In this document: piece by piece, positions 1-10,249 of the stretch | Layout of the letters: each line of letters starts with the position of its first letter | Numbering within the stretch: position 1 is the first letter of the stretch | DNA from: an uncultured delta proteobacterium | GTDB lineage: Bacteria > Myxococcota_A > Polyangia > Fen-1088 | NCBI GenBank assembly: GCA_963796685.1 | Contig: CAWCMR010000026.1 | Location: 1 to 64,000, forward strand | Reading direction: 5' to 3' | Length of the DNA: 64,000 nucleotides | The notes under the pieces: generated by a model | Seen by the model: only the letters and a program-made list of their open reading frames with translations | What the model was told of the DNA's origin: nothing | The model's database searches: none | Position numbers and translations under genes: made by a program

Positions 1-993
1 CGGCCGGTTTGGCGGCCGGCGCCGAGTTTGGCCGGCTCAGCGGGCGTGGGTTTCACCGCCAGACCGGACGGCTTTTCAGCGGGCGTGGGCTCGGCTTGGG
101 CGTGGCTCGGCGGCCCGGAGTGGCTCCTTGGCCGCGGGCTCGCCTTCGCTCGAGCCCTTGCCGCGCAGGAAGTAGAAGCCTGCGCCAATCAAAGCAACCA
201 AGGCGATGGCCGCGACGACGATGATGGGGGTCTTGCTCGATGAGGGCGGCGGCTCTTCCGACGTCGTCTTCGCTGGTCGACCACTTGGCGGGCTTGCCGG
301 ACTTCGCCTTGTAGCCCTTCCTCTGCACCGCTTTGGACTTGGGCTTGGCCCTGGTCGGTGTCGGCCTGGGACCTGACTCCTCGGGTGGCTCCGGCTCGAC
401 CACTTCGGCGGATTCGTCGGAGCCGGTGCTTTCCGATGCGGGCGCAAAGCGCTCCATCCTGGCCAGCGACGAGTCCATGGGCGGAGCCGCCGATTCGAAC
501 ATGACCGTGGCCGCGGGTTGGTTCGGCTTCGACGTCGCCTGGGGCATGGGGCTGGCAGGAACCGGCTCGGCCGGCTCGTCTGCGTCGATGTCGACATCCG
601 TGCCTTCGGAAGCCGGTGGCGATGCCGCGGCTAGCCCCCCTTAGTTGGCGATCGCCTCGCGGTTCTGCGTAGCCGCGGTGGCAATGGCTTCCCGGGCGGA
701 GGTCGGCGAGGGGGCAGAGCCTTGCTCGGGAGGCGATTTCGGGAACGGTCTTCGGGATGGGGACGCCCGGGATCGGCGCGCCCACCCCCCACAGCATGGT
801 CTTTGCCGCCCTGGCCGGCGCAGGGGCGGGCACGGCCGGCGCGGGGGACGGAGCACGGCGCTGCCGGCGCGGCCGGCTGGCTGGCGAGGGCCTTTCCACA
901 ATAGGGACACTTGGCGTTGGGATCGTTCGTCCCCGCCCAGTTCTGCGGCAGCGACAGTCGGCAATTGGGGCACTTCACCGGATTCATTGCCAC
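1..993 (-). CDS. Myxobacterial zinc-ribbon membrane protein; frameshifted, runs off the left edge
   Basis: N-terminal CPNC...CPYC, a KTMLWG motif and a Pro-rich linker. The TM segment (IIVVAAIALVALIGAGFYF) is in another frame; the coding signal is split over ORFs 631..993, 189..899, 53..547 and 76..597. Confidence 0.55.
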
Positions 994-1997
994 CTCGCGG
1001 GCGCTGGCCCGGATGCAGGAGGTGGCGTTGCCGCGGGCGGCGCGTAGCTAGGTGGCGCTGCAGCCGGAGGCGGGTAAGCGGCGGGCGGTGGCGCGGCGGC
1101 CGGAGGCGGGTACGCGGCGGGCGGCGGCGCGGCGGCCGGAGGTGGATAAGCGGCGGGTGGTGGCGGGTATGCGGCAGCCGGAGGTGGGTAAGCGGCGGGC
1201 GGCCGGGCGGCGGCCGGAGCTGGGTAGCCGTCTGGGCTGGCGCGGGGGCGACCGGCTGGCGGGCCACGGGCTGTGGCATCGCTGCCTGGCGGCGCTGGCT
1301 GCGGCGCATAGGCGGGGCGGGCAGCCGGAAGCGGCGCTGCAGCGGCCGGGCGTGCGGTCGGTGGGGCCATGGCGGATGTCGCGACCGGCGGGGGCGGCGC
1401 GGCGGGCGGAGGCGCGAGTTGGGGTGCGGCGGTCCCCGGCCGGACGCCGGTGGCGGTCAGGATCAGCTTGTCCAGATCCTCACCCGAGACGGGACCGGCG
1501 AAGGTCTCGTCGGCTTGGCCCGATACCGCGAGCTTGTCTCGATCGAAGAGGATGATTTGGACGCGCGTGTGGTTCTTCTTCCCCCTCTTGCGGCCCTTGG
1601 CTGCGACCTTTTCGACCTGGGCCCAGAGCAGGCGATCGGCGTCGACCAAGCGGGCGATCTTGAGGTAACAGGTCTCGGTGGGGTCGGCGCATTCGGACTG
1701 CAGTTGTGCGGTCTCCATGCTCACGGTCGCCAGCGTCGCATCTTCGACGCCGGGCAACTTGACCTGCGCCAGCTTGCTGTTGATCTGCTCGGCGGTTCCG
1801 GGCAGGGCCTGCTTATCGAGCGGCAGGACCATCAGCTTGAGCTTCTTTGGGGGCGGGGGCGGCGGCGGGGGCGGGGGGGCGGCGCGGGCCGGTAGACCAT
1901 GGCGAGGGGGAGCCGGCTTGCGGTGCGCGCAGCCGCTCGCGGCCACGAACAGAACCAGGGATGCGACCAGGACGCGGAGATTGAGTAGTTGAACCAT
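984..1997 (-). CDS. Hypothetical lipoprotein with Pro-rich (AAYPPP) C-terminal repeats
   Basis: Signal peptide with lipobox AASGC, globular middle domain, overlaps the start of the downstream gene. Confidence 0.65.
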   Translation of the reverse strand: MVQLLNLRVLVASLVLFVAASGCAHRKPAPPRHGLPARAAPPPPPPPPPPKKLKLMVLPLDKQALPGTAEQINSKLAQVKLPGVEDATLATVSMETAQLQSECADPTETCYLKIARLVDADRLLWAQVEKVAAKGRKRGKKNHTRVQIILFDRDKLAVSGQADETFAGPVSGEDLDKLILTATGVRPGTAAPQLAPPPAAPPPPVATSAMAPPTARPAAAAPLPAARPAYAPQPAPPGSDATARGPPAGRPRASPDGYPAPAAARPPAAYPPPAAAYPPPPAAYPPPAAAPPPAAYPPPAAAPPPAAYPPPAAAPPSYAPPAATPPPASGPAPARWQ

Positions 1998-2130
1998 CGC
2001 CACGACATTTATACCCCATTGCAAAAAAGCGGGAATGGGGATGCGAGCAATGTTTTTCATGTCAGGGCAATGCGTCGGAGGCGCGCCTCGCCGATGGCAA
2101 TCGCGTCAGCCGCTCTCGGAAATGCGTTCT

Positions 2131-2340
2131 TTCGTCCGCGCGCCCAAGCGCAGTGCTCTCGCGGAAGACGGCAGAAAGAGACACCTTTCCACGATGGATG
2201 TCGCACCCAATCGGAACGGCGAGTGGTGGTCGTAGTCGTAGTCGTGGCCGTAGCCCGTGGCCGTGGCCGACGAAGATCACTCCGGCCACGGCCACGACCA
2301 CGACCACGGCCACGACCTCCCGCGCCTATCGCGGGATTAT
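2131..2340 (+). mobile_element. ~200-bp MITE-like hairpin element, copy 1 (left TIR degenerate)
   Basis: (GTGGCC/GTAGTC)n-GACGAAGATCACTCC-(GGCCAC/GACCAC)n hairpin, ACACCTTTCCACGA motif and right end TATCGCGGGATTA, all shared with the other copies. Confidence 0.75.
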
Positions 2341-2400
2341 GGGAGCGCCTGTCAAGTATGAACCTCCGCTCGGCCTGTGATATACGCTGCCATTCAATCC

Positions 2401-3065
2401 ATGGCCGCCGCAGCGTTCTATGATTTGGATGGCACCCTGTGCCGTACGAATCTCGTCCACGCCTTCGCGTACAACGCGCGCAACCAACAAGGGGTGTTGC
2501 GCAGCATTTCGCGCACCCTGTCCACCGTGGTAAGCATTCCCGCGTTCGTCGCCGCCGACTTCTTCGACCGCCGTCTGTTCAACGACCTGTTCTTTCGTCG
2601 CTACAAAGGCGAATCCGAGGATCGCTTGCGCTACCTCGCCGAAGAGCTCTTCGACAAGGTCATCAAACCGTCGATCTTTCCCGGGGCCTACCAGCTCATC
2701 GAGAAGTCGCGTCAGCTCGGGCTTCGCCAGGTCCTGGTCACCGGCGCCATCGACTTTCACCGCCATTCCGCTTGGCCCGGCACCTCGGCATCGACGACAT
2801 GGTCACCAACCACCTCGAGTTCGTGGACGGCAAGGCCACCGGGCGCCTCTTGCCGCCGGTGATGGCGGCCGCGACCAAGGCAAGCTGGATGCGCATCTAC
2901 GCCGAAAAGGAGGGGCTCAATCTCTCCGAATGTTATAGCTACTCGGACAGCATGAGCGATTTGCCCATGCTCTCGGTGGTTGGCCACCCCACGGTGGTGA
3001 ACCCGGACTTCCGACTGAAGAACACGGCTCTGCAACACGATTGGCCGATCCTGGATCTGCGATAG
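2401..3065 (+). CDS. elbB: HAD-IB (SerB-like) phosphatase, ElbB-like; frameshift near 2757
   Basis: FYDLDGTL motif I, VTGA motif II, YSDSMSDLPML motif IV, VVNPD; first gene of an elb-type operon. Confidence 0.75.
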
Positions 3066-3099
3066 TGACCTGCGATAGCGAAAACCCGAAACGAAAACG

Positions 3100-4725
3100 A
3101 TGAGCAAGCGCGAAACCAAGGCCCTGAGAGGCCCCGTACCCCGGCACAAGGAAGGCGACGAGGTCGTCTACATCGACAACGACTCGGCGCCGCGCCTGAT
3201 CTTCTCCGGCGAGGACATCCTGAGCGAGGACTTGCCCGTCGGCACGCGCGTGGTGTACGGCAAGCCGCCCATCGAGGGGCTGAACAACCCCGGCGCCGCC
3301 ATCCGGTACGCCCTCAACCACCCGCTCGACGCCGACCCGCTGTACGCGCAGCTTGCGCCGGGCATGCGCGTGACCATCGCCCTCGACGACATCAGCCTGC
3401 CCGAGCCGCCCATGCGCACCCCCGACATCCGGCAGACCATTCTCGAGATCCTGCTCGAAATGCTCGACGCCAACGGCGTGGACGACATCCACCTGGTCAT
3501 CGCCAATTGCCTGCACCGGTTCATGACCGAGGCCGAGATGAAGCGCATGGTGGGCAAGAAGATCTTCGATGCCTTCTACCCCGACCGTTACTACAACCAC
3601 GACGCCGAGGATCCCGACGCAATTGTGCCCCTGGGCAAGACCGCGCTCGGCGAGCCGATGAACATCAACCGGCGGTGCGTGGAGAGCGACCTCGTCATTT
3701 ACGTGAACATCACCCTCGTGCCCATGGACGGCGGGCACAAATCGGTGGCGGTGGGGCTGTGCGACTACGAGAGCGTGCGCGTGCACCACGAGCCCGACAC
3801 CCTTCTCGCATGCGACAGCATGATGGATCCACCGCGCTCCATGCTGAGCACCAAGATCGAGCGCCAGGGCGCGCTGGTCGACCAGCACATGAAGGTGTTT
3901 CACATCGAGACCGCGCTCAATAACCGCATATTCGGCAGCGCGACGGACTTTCTCGGCAGGAACGAGGACGATTTCTCCGAATTCGACCGCATCAAGTACG
4001 AGGCCATGCGTCTCGGCCTGTCGAAGCTACCGACCGCAGCCAAACGGAAGATTTTCCAGATGATTCCGGCGGAGTACGAGCTGGTCGCCTGCTACGCGGG
4101 CAAGACGCAGCCGGTACACGACCGCATCATTGCCAAGCTCAATGACCAGTACATGGTCAGCATCAAGGGCCAGAGCGACATCGTCATCTTCCCCATCCCC
4201 TACGTTTCACCCGTACAGCATCAACTCGATCTTGAATCCCATCCTGGTTCAGGTCATGGGGCTGGGCTACTTCCACCAGTTCTATCGGGGTAAGCCCGTG
4301 CTGCGCAAAGGCGGGGCGCTCATCCTGTGCCATCCCTGCCACGACGAGTTCGACCACAAGTTCCACCCCAGCTACATCGAGTTCTTCAATCGCCTGCTGC
4401 CCGAGACGCGCGATTCGCACAAGCTGCGGCACAAGTACGAGGAAGAATTCGCGCACAACCCGAGCTACATCGAGATGTACCGGCGCGGAAACGCCTACCA
4501 CGGCGCCCATCCCTTCTTCATGTGGTACTGGGGCGAGCCCGGCCGTCAGCACGTGGGCAAGGTCATCGTGGCCGGTGCCAAGAACGCGCACGTTCCGGCG
4601 CGCATGGGCTGGGATCGCGCGGACTCGCTCACCGAGGCCATCTCGCAGGCGCGCAGCTTCGTGGGACCGTCGCCTCCATCACCCTGATGAAGTGGCCGCC
4701 CATCGTCATGGCGGATGTCGAGTAG
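3100..4725 (+). CDS. elbC: LarA/DUF2088 (lactate racemase N-terminal)-like protein, ElbC-like; frameshifts near 4210 and 4670
   Basis: [24 protein letters not shown] and GGHKSVAVG motifs; lies between the HAD phosphatase and ElbD. Confidence 0.7.
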
Positions 4726-4741
4726 GTACGCCGGTGAGGCC

Positions 4742-7700
4742 ATGAGCGAACGCGCGGCACGGTTGGCTTCCGCTTTCTCGGTGCGGGACATCTACCGCGG
4801 CCGGCACGTGTTCGTCCTGGGCGCGACGGGCTTTCTCGGCAAGGTGCTGCTCAGCATGCTCTTGCGCAATTTCCCCGAGGTCGGCCGCGTGTACGTCATG
4901 GTCCGGCGAGGGACCGGCACCTCCAGCGAGTCGCGCTTCTGGGATCACGTGGTGCCCTCGCACACCTTCGATCCGCTGCGCGAGCAGCATGGCGAGGGGC
5001 TGCGCGCCTTCCTGCAGGACAAGGTGCGCGTGGTGGACGGCGACATCACCGAAGCCAATCTCGGGCTCTCCGAGGAGGACGCCGCGCGCGTGGCGGGCGA
5101 CATCGACGTCGTCATCAACTCGTCGGGCAAGGTGACCTTCAACCCGCCGCTGGAATCGGCACTGCGCACCAACGTGCAAGGTACGAAGAACGTCATCGCC
5201 TTCGTCAAACGCATGAAGCGCCCGGCGCTGATCCACACCAGCACCTGCTTCGTGGCCGGCAATCGCAGTGGCGAGATCTGGGAAAGCGAGAAGCTGGACG
5301 GCTATTTCCCGCGCTGGCGCGAGCTGCCCGCCACCCGGTTCAGCGTCGAGCAAGAGATCGCCGACTGCGCGCGCATCGCCGCCGAGGTGCGCACCCAGGC
5401 CGACGACGCCCAGGTGGTGGCGAAGCTGCGCCAGAAGGCGCGCGATTTCCTGCGCGAGGCGAGCCGCGATCCCGACGACGAAGCGTCGCTCAAGATGGGG
5501 CTGGCGCGCGAGCGCAAGGACTGGATCCGCAGCGAGCTGACCGAACGCGGGATCCAGCGCGCCAAGGATTGGGGCTGGCCCAACATCTACACCTACACCA
5601 AGAGTATGGGCGACCAGCTGGTGGCCCAGGAAACCGGGCTCGTGCGTTCCATCGTCCGTCCCGCCATCGTCGAGAGCTCGATGGCCTACCCGTTTCCAGG
5701 CTGGAATGAAGGCTTCACCACCTCGGCGCCGCTGGTCTACTTGGCGCTCAAGGGCCAGAACAAGTTGCCGGTGTCGGAGTCGTTGATTCTCGACATGGTG
5801 CCGGTGGATCAGATCGCGGGCGGCATGCTGATGGTGGCGGCCCAGGCCTGCGTCGAGCAGCCGGCGCTGGTGCACCAACTGGCCAGCGGCGATCTCAATC
5901 CCTCGCGCATCGGCCGCGTGACGACGTTGACCGGCCTTTACAAGCGCCAGCGCTTCCAAGGCAAGGAGACCGGCAACAAGTTCCTCAACGAGCTGGCGGC
6001 GCGCATGGAGTTTCGGCCGGTCAGCTACGACGAATACGATCGTACCTCGTTGCCGCTGGTCAGTCGGATGACCGAGAAGGTTTCGGATGCGCTCGACAGG
6101 GTGCGACCGGCTTGGGGGGGTGGACGGGTCACCCATTGGGTCGATCAGGTCAAGAAGAAGGTCGACAACCTGAAACGCGTCACCAGGGACGCCAGTCGTG
6201 ACATCGATCTGTTCCGGCCGTTCATCCTCGACAACGCGTACGTCCTGCGCGCGGACAACATCCGTGCCTTGCGCGACCGCTTGCCGCCCGAGGAACGGTC
6301 GCTCGTGCCGTGGTCGCCCGAGACCATCGACTGGTACGACTACTTCATGAACATCCACTTCCCCGGTCTGCAGAAGTGGGTGCTGCCCGAGCTCGACGAG
6401 ACCTACGCGCCCAAGCCCAAGAGCGTGTACGCCTACCGCGACTTGCTCGAGCTCTTCGACACCACGACCAAGCTGCACGCCAAGCGCACGGCGATGCGCA
6501 TGGAGCGGGGCGGACGCACGGAATCGTACAGCTACCGCGACCTGCGCGAATTGGCCGAGCGGGCGGGGACGTTCCTGGTGGGCGCATCGGTCAAGCCCGG
6601 CGAACGGGTGATCCTGCTGGCCAAGAACTCGCCCGAATGGCCCATGTGCTACTTCGGGATTCTCAAGGCCGGCGCCACCGCGGTGCCCGTGGCCCACGAC
6701 TCGACCAGCGCGGAGGTCGTCAACATCGCACGCGCCTCGGGCGCGGTCGGTGCCATCGTCGGCGAGGACGTCCTCGACAAGCGGCCGACCCTTTCGCGCG
6801 AGCTCGACGAGGCCGGGCTCGGTGCCAAGGTTTGGCCGTTCGAGAAGGTGTTCGAGCTGGTCGACGAAGCGCTCGAGAGCGAGCGCAAGAAGTCGCTGCT
6901 GACCAAGCACGCGGCCGATGCGGTGGCCTCGCTCATCTTCACCTCGGGCACCACCGGACATCCCAAGGGCGTCATGCTCACGCACCGGAACTTCACCTTC
7001 GAGGTGGCGGAGATGTCGCGCATCTTCGACCTGGGGATCTCGGACTGCATGATGTCGGTGCTGCCGCTTCACCACACCTTCGAATTCACCGCGGGCATGC
7101 TCATGCCGCTGGCGCACGGGACGCGCATCACCTACATCCCCGACCTCACCGGCGACACCATCAACCACACGCTCAAGCACGGAAAGATCACGGCCATTGT
7201 CGGCGTGCCCGCCTTGTGGGAGACCCTGCGTCGCCGCGTGCTGCAGCGCTTTTCGGACAAGTCCGAGATCCTCGAGTCCGCGGTCAAGGCGCTGGCCGAC
7301 GTCAACTTCGAGCTGCGCGCGCGCACGGGGCTCGATCTCGGCATGCTCATGTTCCTGCCCGTGCACGAGAAGCTGGGCGGGCGCATCCGTTACATGATCA
7401 GCGGCGGCTCGGCCTTGCCCCCCGACGTGCTCAAGACTTTCTACGGCATGGGCTTCGACTTTTTCGAGGGCTACGGCCTGACCGAAACCTCGCCGGTGCT
7501 CTCGGTGAGCACGCCGAAGAACAGACCCATCGCCGGCTCGGTGGGACAGCCGTTGGCCGGGGTCGAGGTCAAGATCGACAACCCGGACAACACGGGCGTG
7601 GGCGAGGTCATCGCGCGCGGCAAGAACGTGATGGCCGGGTACTGGCAGGACGAGGAAGCCACCAACCATGCCCTTCGCGACGGCTGGTTCCACACCGGCG

Positions 7701-9232
7701 ATCTCGGCCGTTTCGACGAGGAGGGGAATCTCTACATCGTCGGGCGCAGCAAGGACATCATCATCGATGCCAACGGCAAGAACGTCTACCCCGACGAGAT
7801 CGAGGATCTCTACAAGGGCTCGCCCTACATCAAGGAGCTGTCGGTGGTCGGTCTGCCCGACGGCGTGGCCGAGCACGTCGCGTGTGCGGTGGTGCCCGAC
7901 TTGCAGGTCGAGCCTGGCCTGTCGCTGGCCGAGGTGAAGCAGAAGATCGAGGCCCACTTCCGCGTCGTCTCGGCCTCGCTGCCGTTCTGGAAGCGCGTGC
8001 GTACGCTGGAGTTCTGGGAGGGCGAGCTGCCGCGCACGAGCACGCGCAAGGTCAAGCGTCGCGACGTCACGGCCGAGCTTCGCCTCCGTCACGACAAGGC
8101 CCAGGCCGAGCGGGCCGAGGACGGAACTGCCGCGCGCAACGCCGAGGCCAGCCACAGCTGGTTCCTCGAAATCGTGGCCGATGCCTGCGGCAAGCCTTAC
8201 TCCGAGGTGCACATGTCAAGCGTGCTCGACGAGCTCGGCTTCGACAGCCTGACCTACAACGAGCTTGCGGCCGGCATCGAGAACGCGGGCGTCCACGTGC
8301 CCGAGGGGGTGGTCTTCGCCAGCGCGCACGACGTGGCGTCCCTTCTCGACATGGTCACGGGCAAGCGCCACACCACCGCGCTCGAGAAGCGGGAGAGTCG
8401 AAAAGTCGAAGACAGCGAGAGCGACGACATCAAGCTGCCCGCGCCGGTGGCCAAGCTTGGCAAGCGCGGCCTGGCCAGGGCGCAGCGCCTGTTCTACACG
8501 CGGGCGCTCAAGACCAAGGTGCGCGGCGAGGCCTACATTCCCCAGCACACCAACTTCATCGTGGCTGCCAACCATTCGTCCCACCTCGACATGGGCGCGC
8601 TCAAGGTCGCGCTCGGGGACGCGGGACACGATCTGGCTTCCCTGGCCGCCGCGGACTACTTCTTCAAGAACAAGTGGCGGCGCGCCTACTTCAAGAACCT
8701 GACCAACCTGGTGCCCATGGAGCGCAGCGGCTCGATCCGCAAGTCGCTGGGCATCGCCGAGGAGGTCCTGCGCAAGGGCAAGAGCCTGGTGCTGTTCCCC
8801 GAGGGCACGCGCTCGCGCACCGGGGAGATGGTGGATTTCCTGCCCAGCCTGGGCTACCTGGCCCTGCACGCCGACGCCGGGGTTTTGCCGGCGTACATCC
8901 ACGGCGCGTACGATGCCTTGCCGGTCGGCGATACGATTCCCAAGAAGCGCGACCTCGGCGTCTACTTCGGCCCCTTCCTGACCATCGATTTTCTGCGCCA
9001 GCTCACCCACGGCATGTCCCATCAAGAGTCGTGGCGCATGTGCTCGGCCATCACGCAGCGGATCGTCGAGAACCTGCGCGACGGGGTCACCCCGCGCTTC
9101 GACGTCGAGAGCGTGCGCGCGGCGTGGAACGGCGAGAAGCTCGGGCCGCTGGTGCCGCCGCCGTTCCGAACCCGCACGCGTAGCCCGCAAAACCTGCCAC
9201 CGCCCGGCGCGAGCGGCCGGAGGTCGTCGTGA
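4742..9232 (+). CDS. elbD: Multidomain ether-lipid synthase: fatty acyl reductase + acyl-CoA synthetase (AMP-binding) + ACP + PlsC acyltransferase
   Basis: GATGFLGK and YTYTK (FAR); FTSGTTGHPKG, GYGLTE and TGDLG (adenylation); GFDSL (Ppant Ser); NHSSHLD and FPEGTRS (acyltransferase). Same architecture as Myxococcus xanthus ElbD. Confidence 0.88.
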   Translation: MSERAARLASAFSVRDIYRGRHVFVLGATGFLGKVLLSMLLRNFPEVGRVYVMVRRGTGTSSESRFWDHVVPSHTFDPLREQHGEGLRAFLQDKVRVVDGDITEANLGLSEEDAARVAGDIDVVINSSGKVTFNPPLESALRTNVQGTKNVIAFVKRMKRPALIHTSTCFVAGNRSGEIWESEKLDGYFPRWRELPATRFSVEQEIADCARIAAEVRTQADDAQVVAKLRQKARDFLREASRDPDDEASLKMGLARERKDWIRSELTERGIQRAKDWGWPNIYTYTKSMGDQLVAQETGLVRSIVRPAIVESSMAYPFPGWNEGFTTSAPLVYLALKGQNKLPVSESLILDMVPVDQIAGGMLMVAAQACVEQPALVHQLASGDLNPSRIGRVTTLTGLYKRQRFQGKETGNKFLNELAARMEFRPVSYDEYDRTSLPLVSRMTEKVSDALDRVRPAWGGGRVTHWVDQVKKKVDNLKRVTRDASRDIDLFRPFILDNAYVLRADNIRALRDRLPPEERSLVPWSPETIDWYDYFMNIHFPGLQKWVLPELDETYAPKPKSVYAYRDLLELFDTTTKLHAKRTAMRMERGGRTESYSYRDLRELAERAGTFLVGASVKPGERVILLAKNSPEWPMCYFGILKAGATAVPVAHDSTSAEVVNIARASGAVGAIVGEDVLDKRPTLSRELDEAGLGAKVWPFEKVFELVDEALESERKKSLLTKHAADAVASLIFTSGTTGHPKGVMLTHRNFTFEVAEMSRIFDLGISDCMMSVLPLHHTFEFTAGMLMPLAHGTRITYIPDLTGDTINHTLKHGKITAIVGVPALWETLRRRVLQRFSDKSEILESAVKALADVNFELRARTGLDLGMLMFLPVHEKLGGRIRYMISGGSALPPDVLKTFYGMGFDFFEGYGLTETSPVLSVSTPKNRPIAGSVGQPLAGVEVKIDNPDNTGVGEVIARGKNVMAGYWQDEEATNHALRDGWFHTGDLGRFDEEGNLYIVGRSKDIIIDANGKNVYPDEIEDLYKGSPYIKELSVVGLPDGVAEHVACAVVPDLQVEPGLSLAEVKQKIEAHFRVVSASLPFWKRVRTLEFWEGELPRTSTRKVKRRDVTAELRLRHDKAQAERAEDGTAARNAEASHSWFLEIVADACGKPYSEVHMSSVLDELGFDSLTYNELAAGIENAGVHVPEGVVFASAHDVASLLDMVTGKRHTTALEKRESRKVEDSESDDIKLPAPVAKLGKRGLARAQRLFYTRALKTKVRGEAYIPQHTNFIVAANHSSHLDMGALKVALGDAGHDLASLAAADYFFKNKWRRAYFKNLTNLVPMERSGSIRKSLGIAEEVLRKGKSLVLFPEGTRSRTGEMVDFLPSLGYLALHADAGVLPAYIHGAYDALPVGDTIPKKRDLGVYFGPFLTIDFLRQLTHGMSHQESWRMCSAITQRIVENLRDGVTPRFDVESVRAAWNGEKLGPLVPPPFRTRTRSPQNLPPPGASGRRSS

Positions 9233-10239
9233 AAATCCTGGTGACCGGCGCGACCGGCTTTTTGGGCAACCACTTCATGGACGAGCTGTGCAAGCGCGTG
9301 GACAGCGCGGACATCCGCGTCCTGTCCCTCTTCAACACGCCGGCGCTGGACGCCCACGGGGTCGAGGTCTTGCTCGGGACGGTCACCTCCGAGTCGGACG
9401 TCGCACGGGCCATGGAAGGGGTCACGCACCTCTACCATCTGGCAGGCTTCGTCTCGCGCAAGCCGGAGGACGCCCACCTCATGTTCCAGGTCCACGTCGA
9501 CGGCACCCGCGTCGTGTGCCGGGCCGCGGCCGCGGCCGGGGTCCAGCGCATGGTCATGTCGTCGACCAGCGGCACCATCGCGATTTCCGAACGCGACGAC
9601 GAATGGCCGGACGAATCGTCGCCACCGCCCATGGCGCTCATCACGCGCTGGGGATACTACACGAGCAAGCTCTACCAGGAGGCGACGGCGCGGCGTTTTT
9701 GCGGCGACAAGGTCGAGCTTGTCATGGTGAATCCCAGCCTCCTGCTCGGGCCGGGCGACGAGCGCATCGGCTCGACCCGCGAGGTGGTGTCGTTCCTGGC
9801 CGGCGACATCCGCGTGGTTCCGTCGGGCGGGATCAACTTCGTGGACGCCCGCGACGTGGCCGCTGTCATACCCGTGGCCATGGAAAAGGGCAGGGCGGGC
9901 GAGCGCTACCTGCTCGGCGGTCACAACATGACCTTCGCCGAGTATTTCGCTCGCATGGAGCGTCTGAGCAAGGAGTACTCGCCTCGCCTCAAGCTCAAGG
10001 GCGATTGGCCGTGGCTGGCGGCGAAGGCGCAGTCGGCGATCTTCAAGGCTTTCGGCCGTACCCCGCCCATCGAGCCCGCGGCGGCCGATCAAGCCAAATA
10101 CTTCTGGTACTTCGACGGCGCGAAGGCGCGGCAGGAGCTGGGCTTTTCGCCTCGGGAAGCCAGCGCGACCATCTTCGACACCATCGCGTACGTGCGCGAG
10201 CACCATCTGGGCAACGGGGCTTTCAAGAAGAAGAGCTAG
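9229..10239 (+). CDS. elbE: NAD-dependent epimerase/dehydratase (extended SDR), ElbE-like
   Basis: VTGATGFLG and YYTSK; 4-bp overlap with elbD. Confidence 0.8.
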   Translation: MKILVTGATGFLGNHFMDELCKRVDSADIRVLSLFNTPALDAHGVEVLLGTVTSESDVARAMEGVTHLYHLAGFVSRKPEDAHLMFQVHVDGTRVVCRAAAAAGVQRMVMSSTSGTIAISERDDEWPDESSPPPMALITRWGYYTSKLYQEATARRFCGDKVELVMVNPSLLLGPGDERIGSTREVVSFLAGDIRVVPSGGINFVDARDVAAVIPVAMEKGRAGERYLLGGHNMTFAEYFARMERLSKEYSPRLKLKGDWPWLAAKAQSAIFKAFGRTPPIEPAAADQAKYFWYFDGAKARQELGFSPREASATIFDTIAYVREHHLGNGAFKKKS

Positions 10240-10249
10240 GAGGCGGATC

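Noticed and set aside
1040-1230. Pro/Ala/Tyr repeats
   Set aside because: Ordinary low-complexity myxobacterial linker
2062-2313. Recurring small ORF VAVAGVIFVGHGHG (also near 24639, 33175 and 59466)
   Set aside because: Translation shadow of the hexamer hairpin repeat; lengths and frames are not conserved and there is no RBS
2220-2320. Repeat clusters as a CRISPR array
   Set aside because: Hexamer inverted repeats without unique spacers; no cas genes
2750-4690. Programmed frameshifting in elb genes
   Set aside because: No slippery heptamers; indels are scattered across the window, consistent with assembly error
4706-8212. Long antisense ORFs (1168 aa here; also 46582..49941 and 24550..26520)
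   Set aside because: Stop-poor shadows of real high-GC genes on the opposite strand
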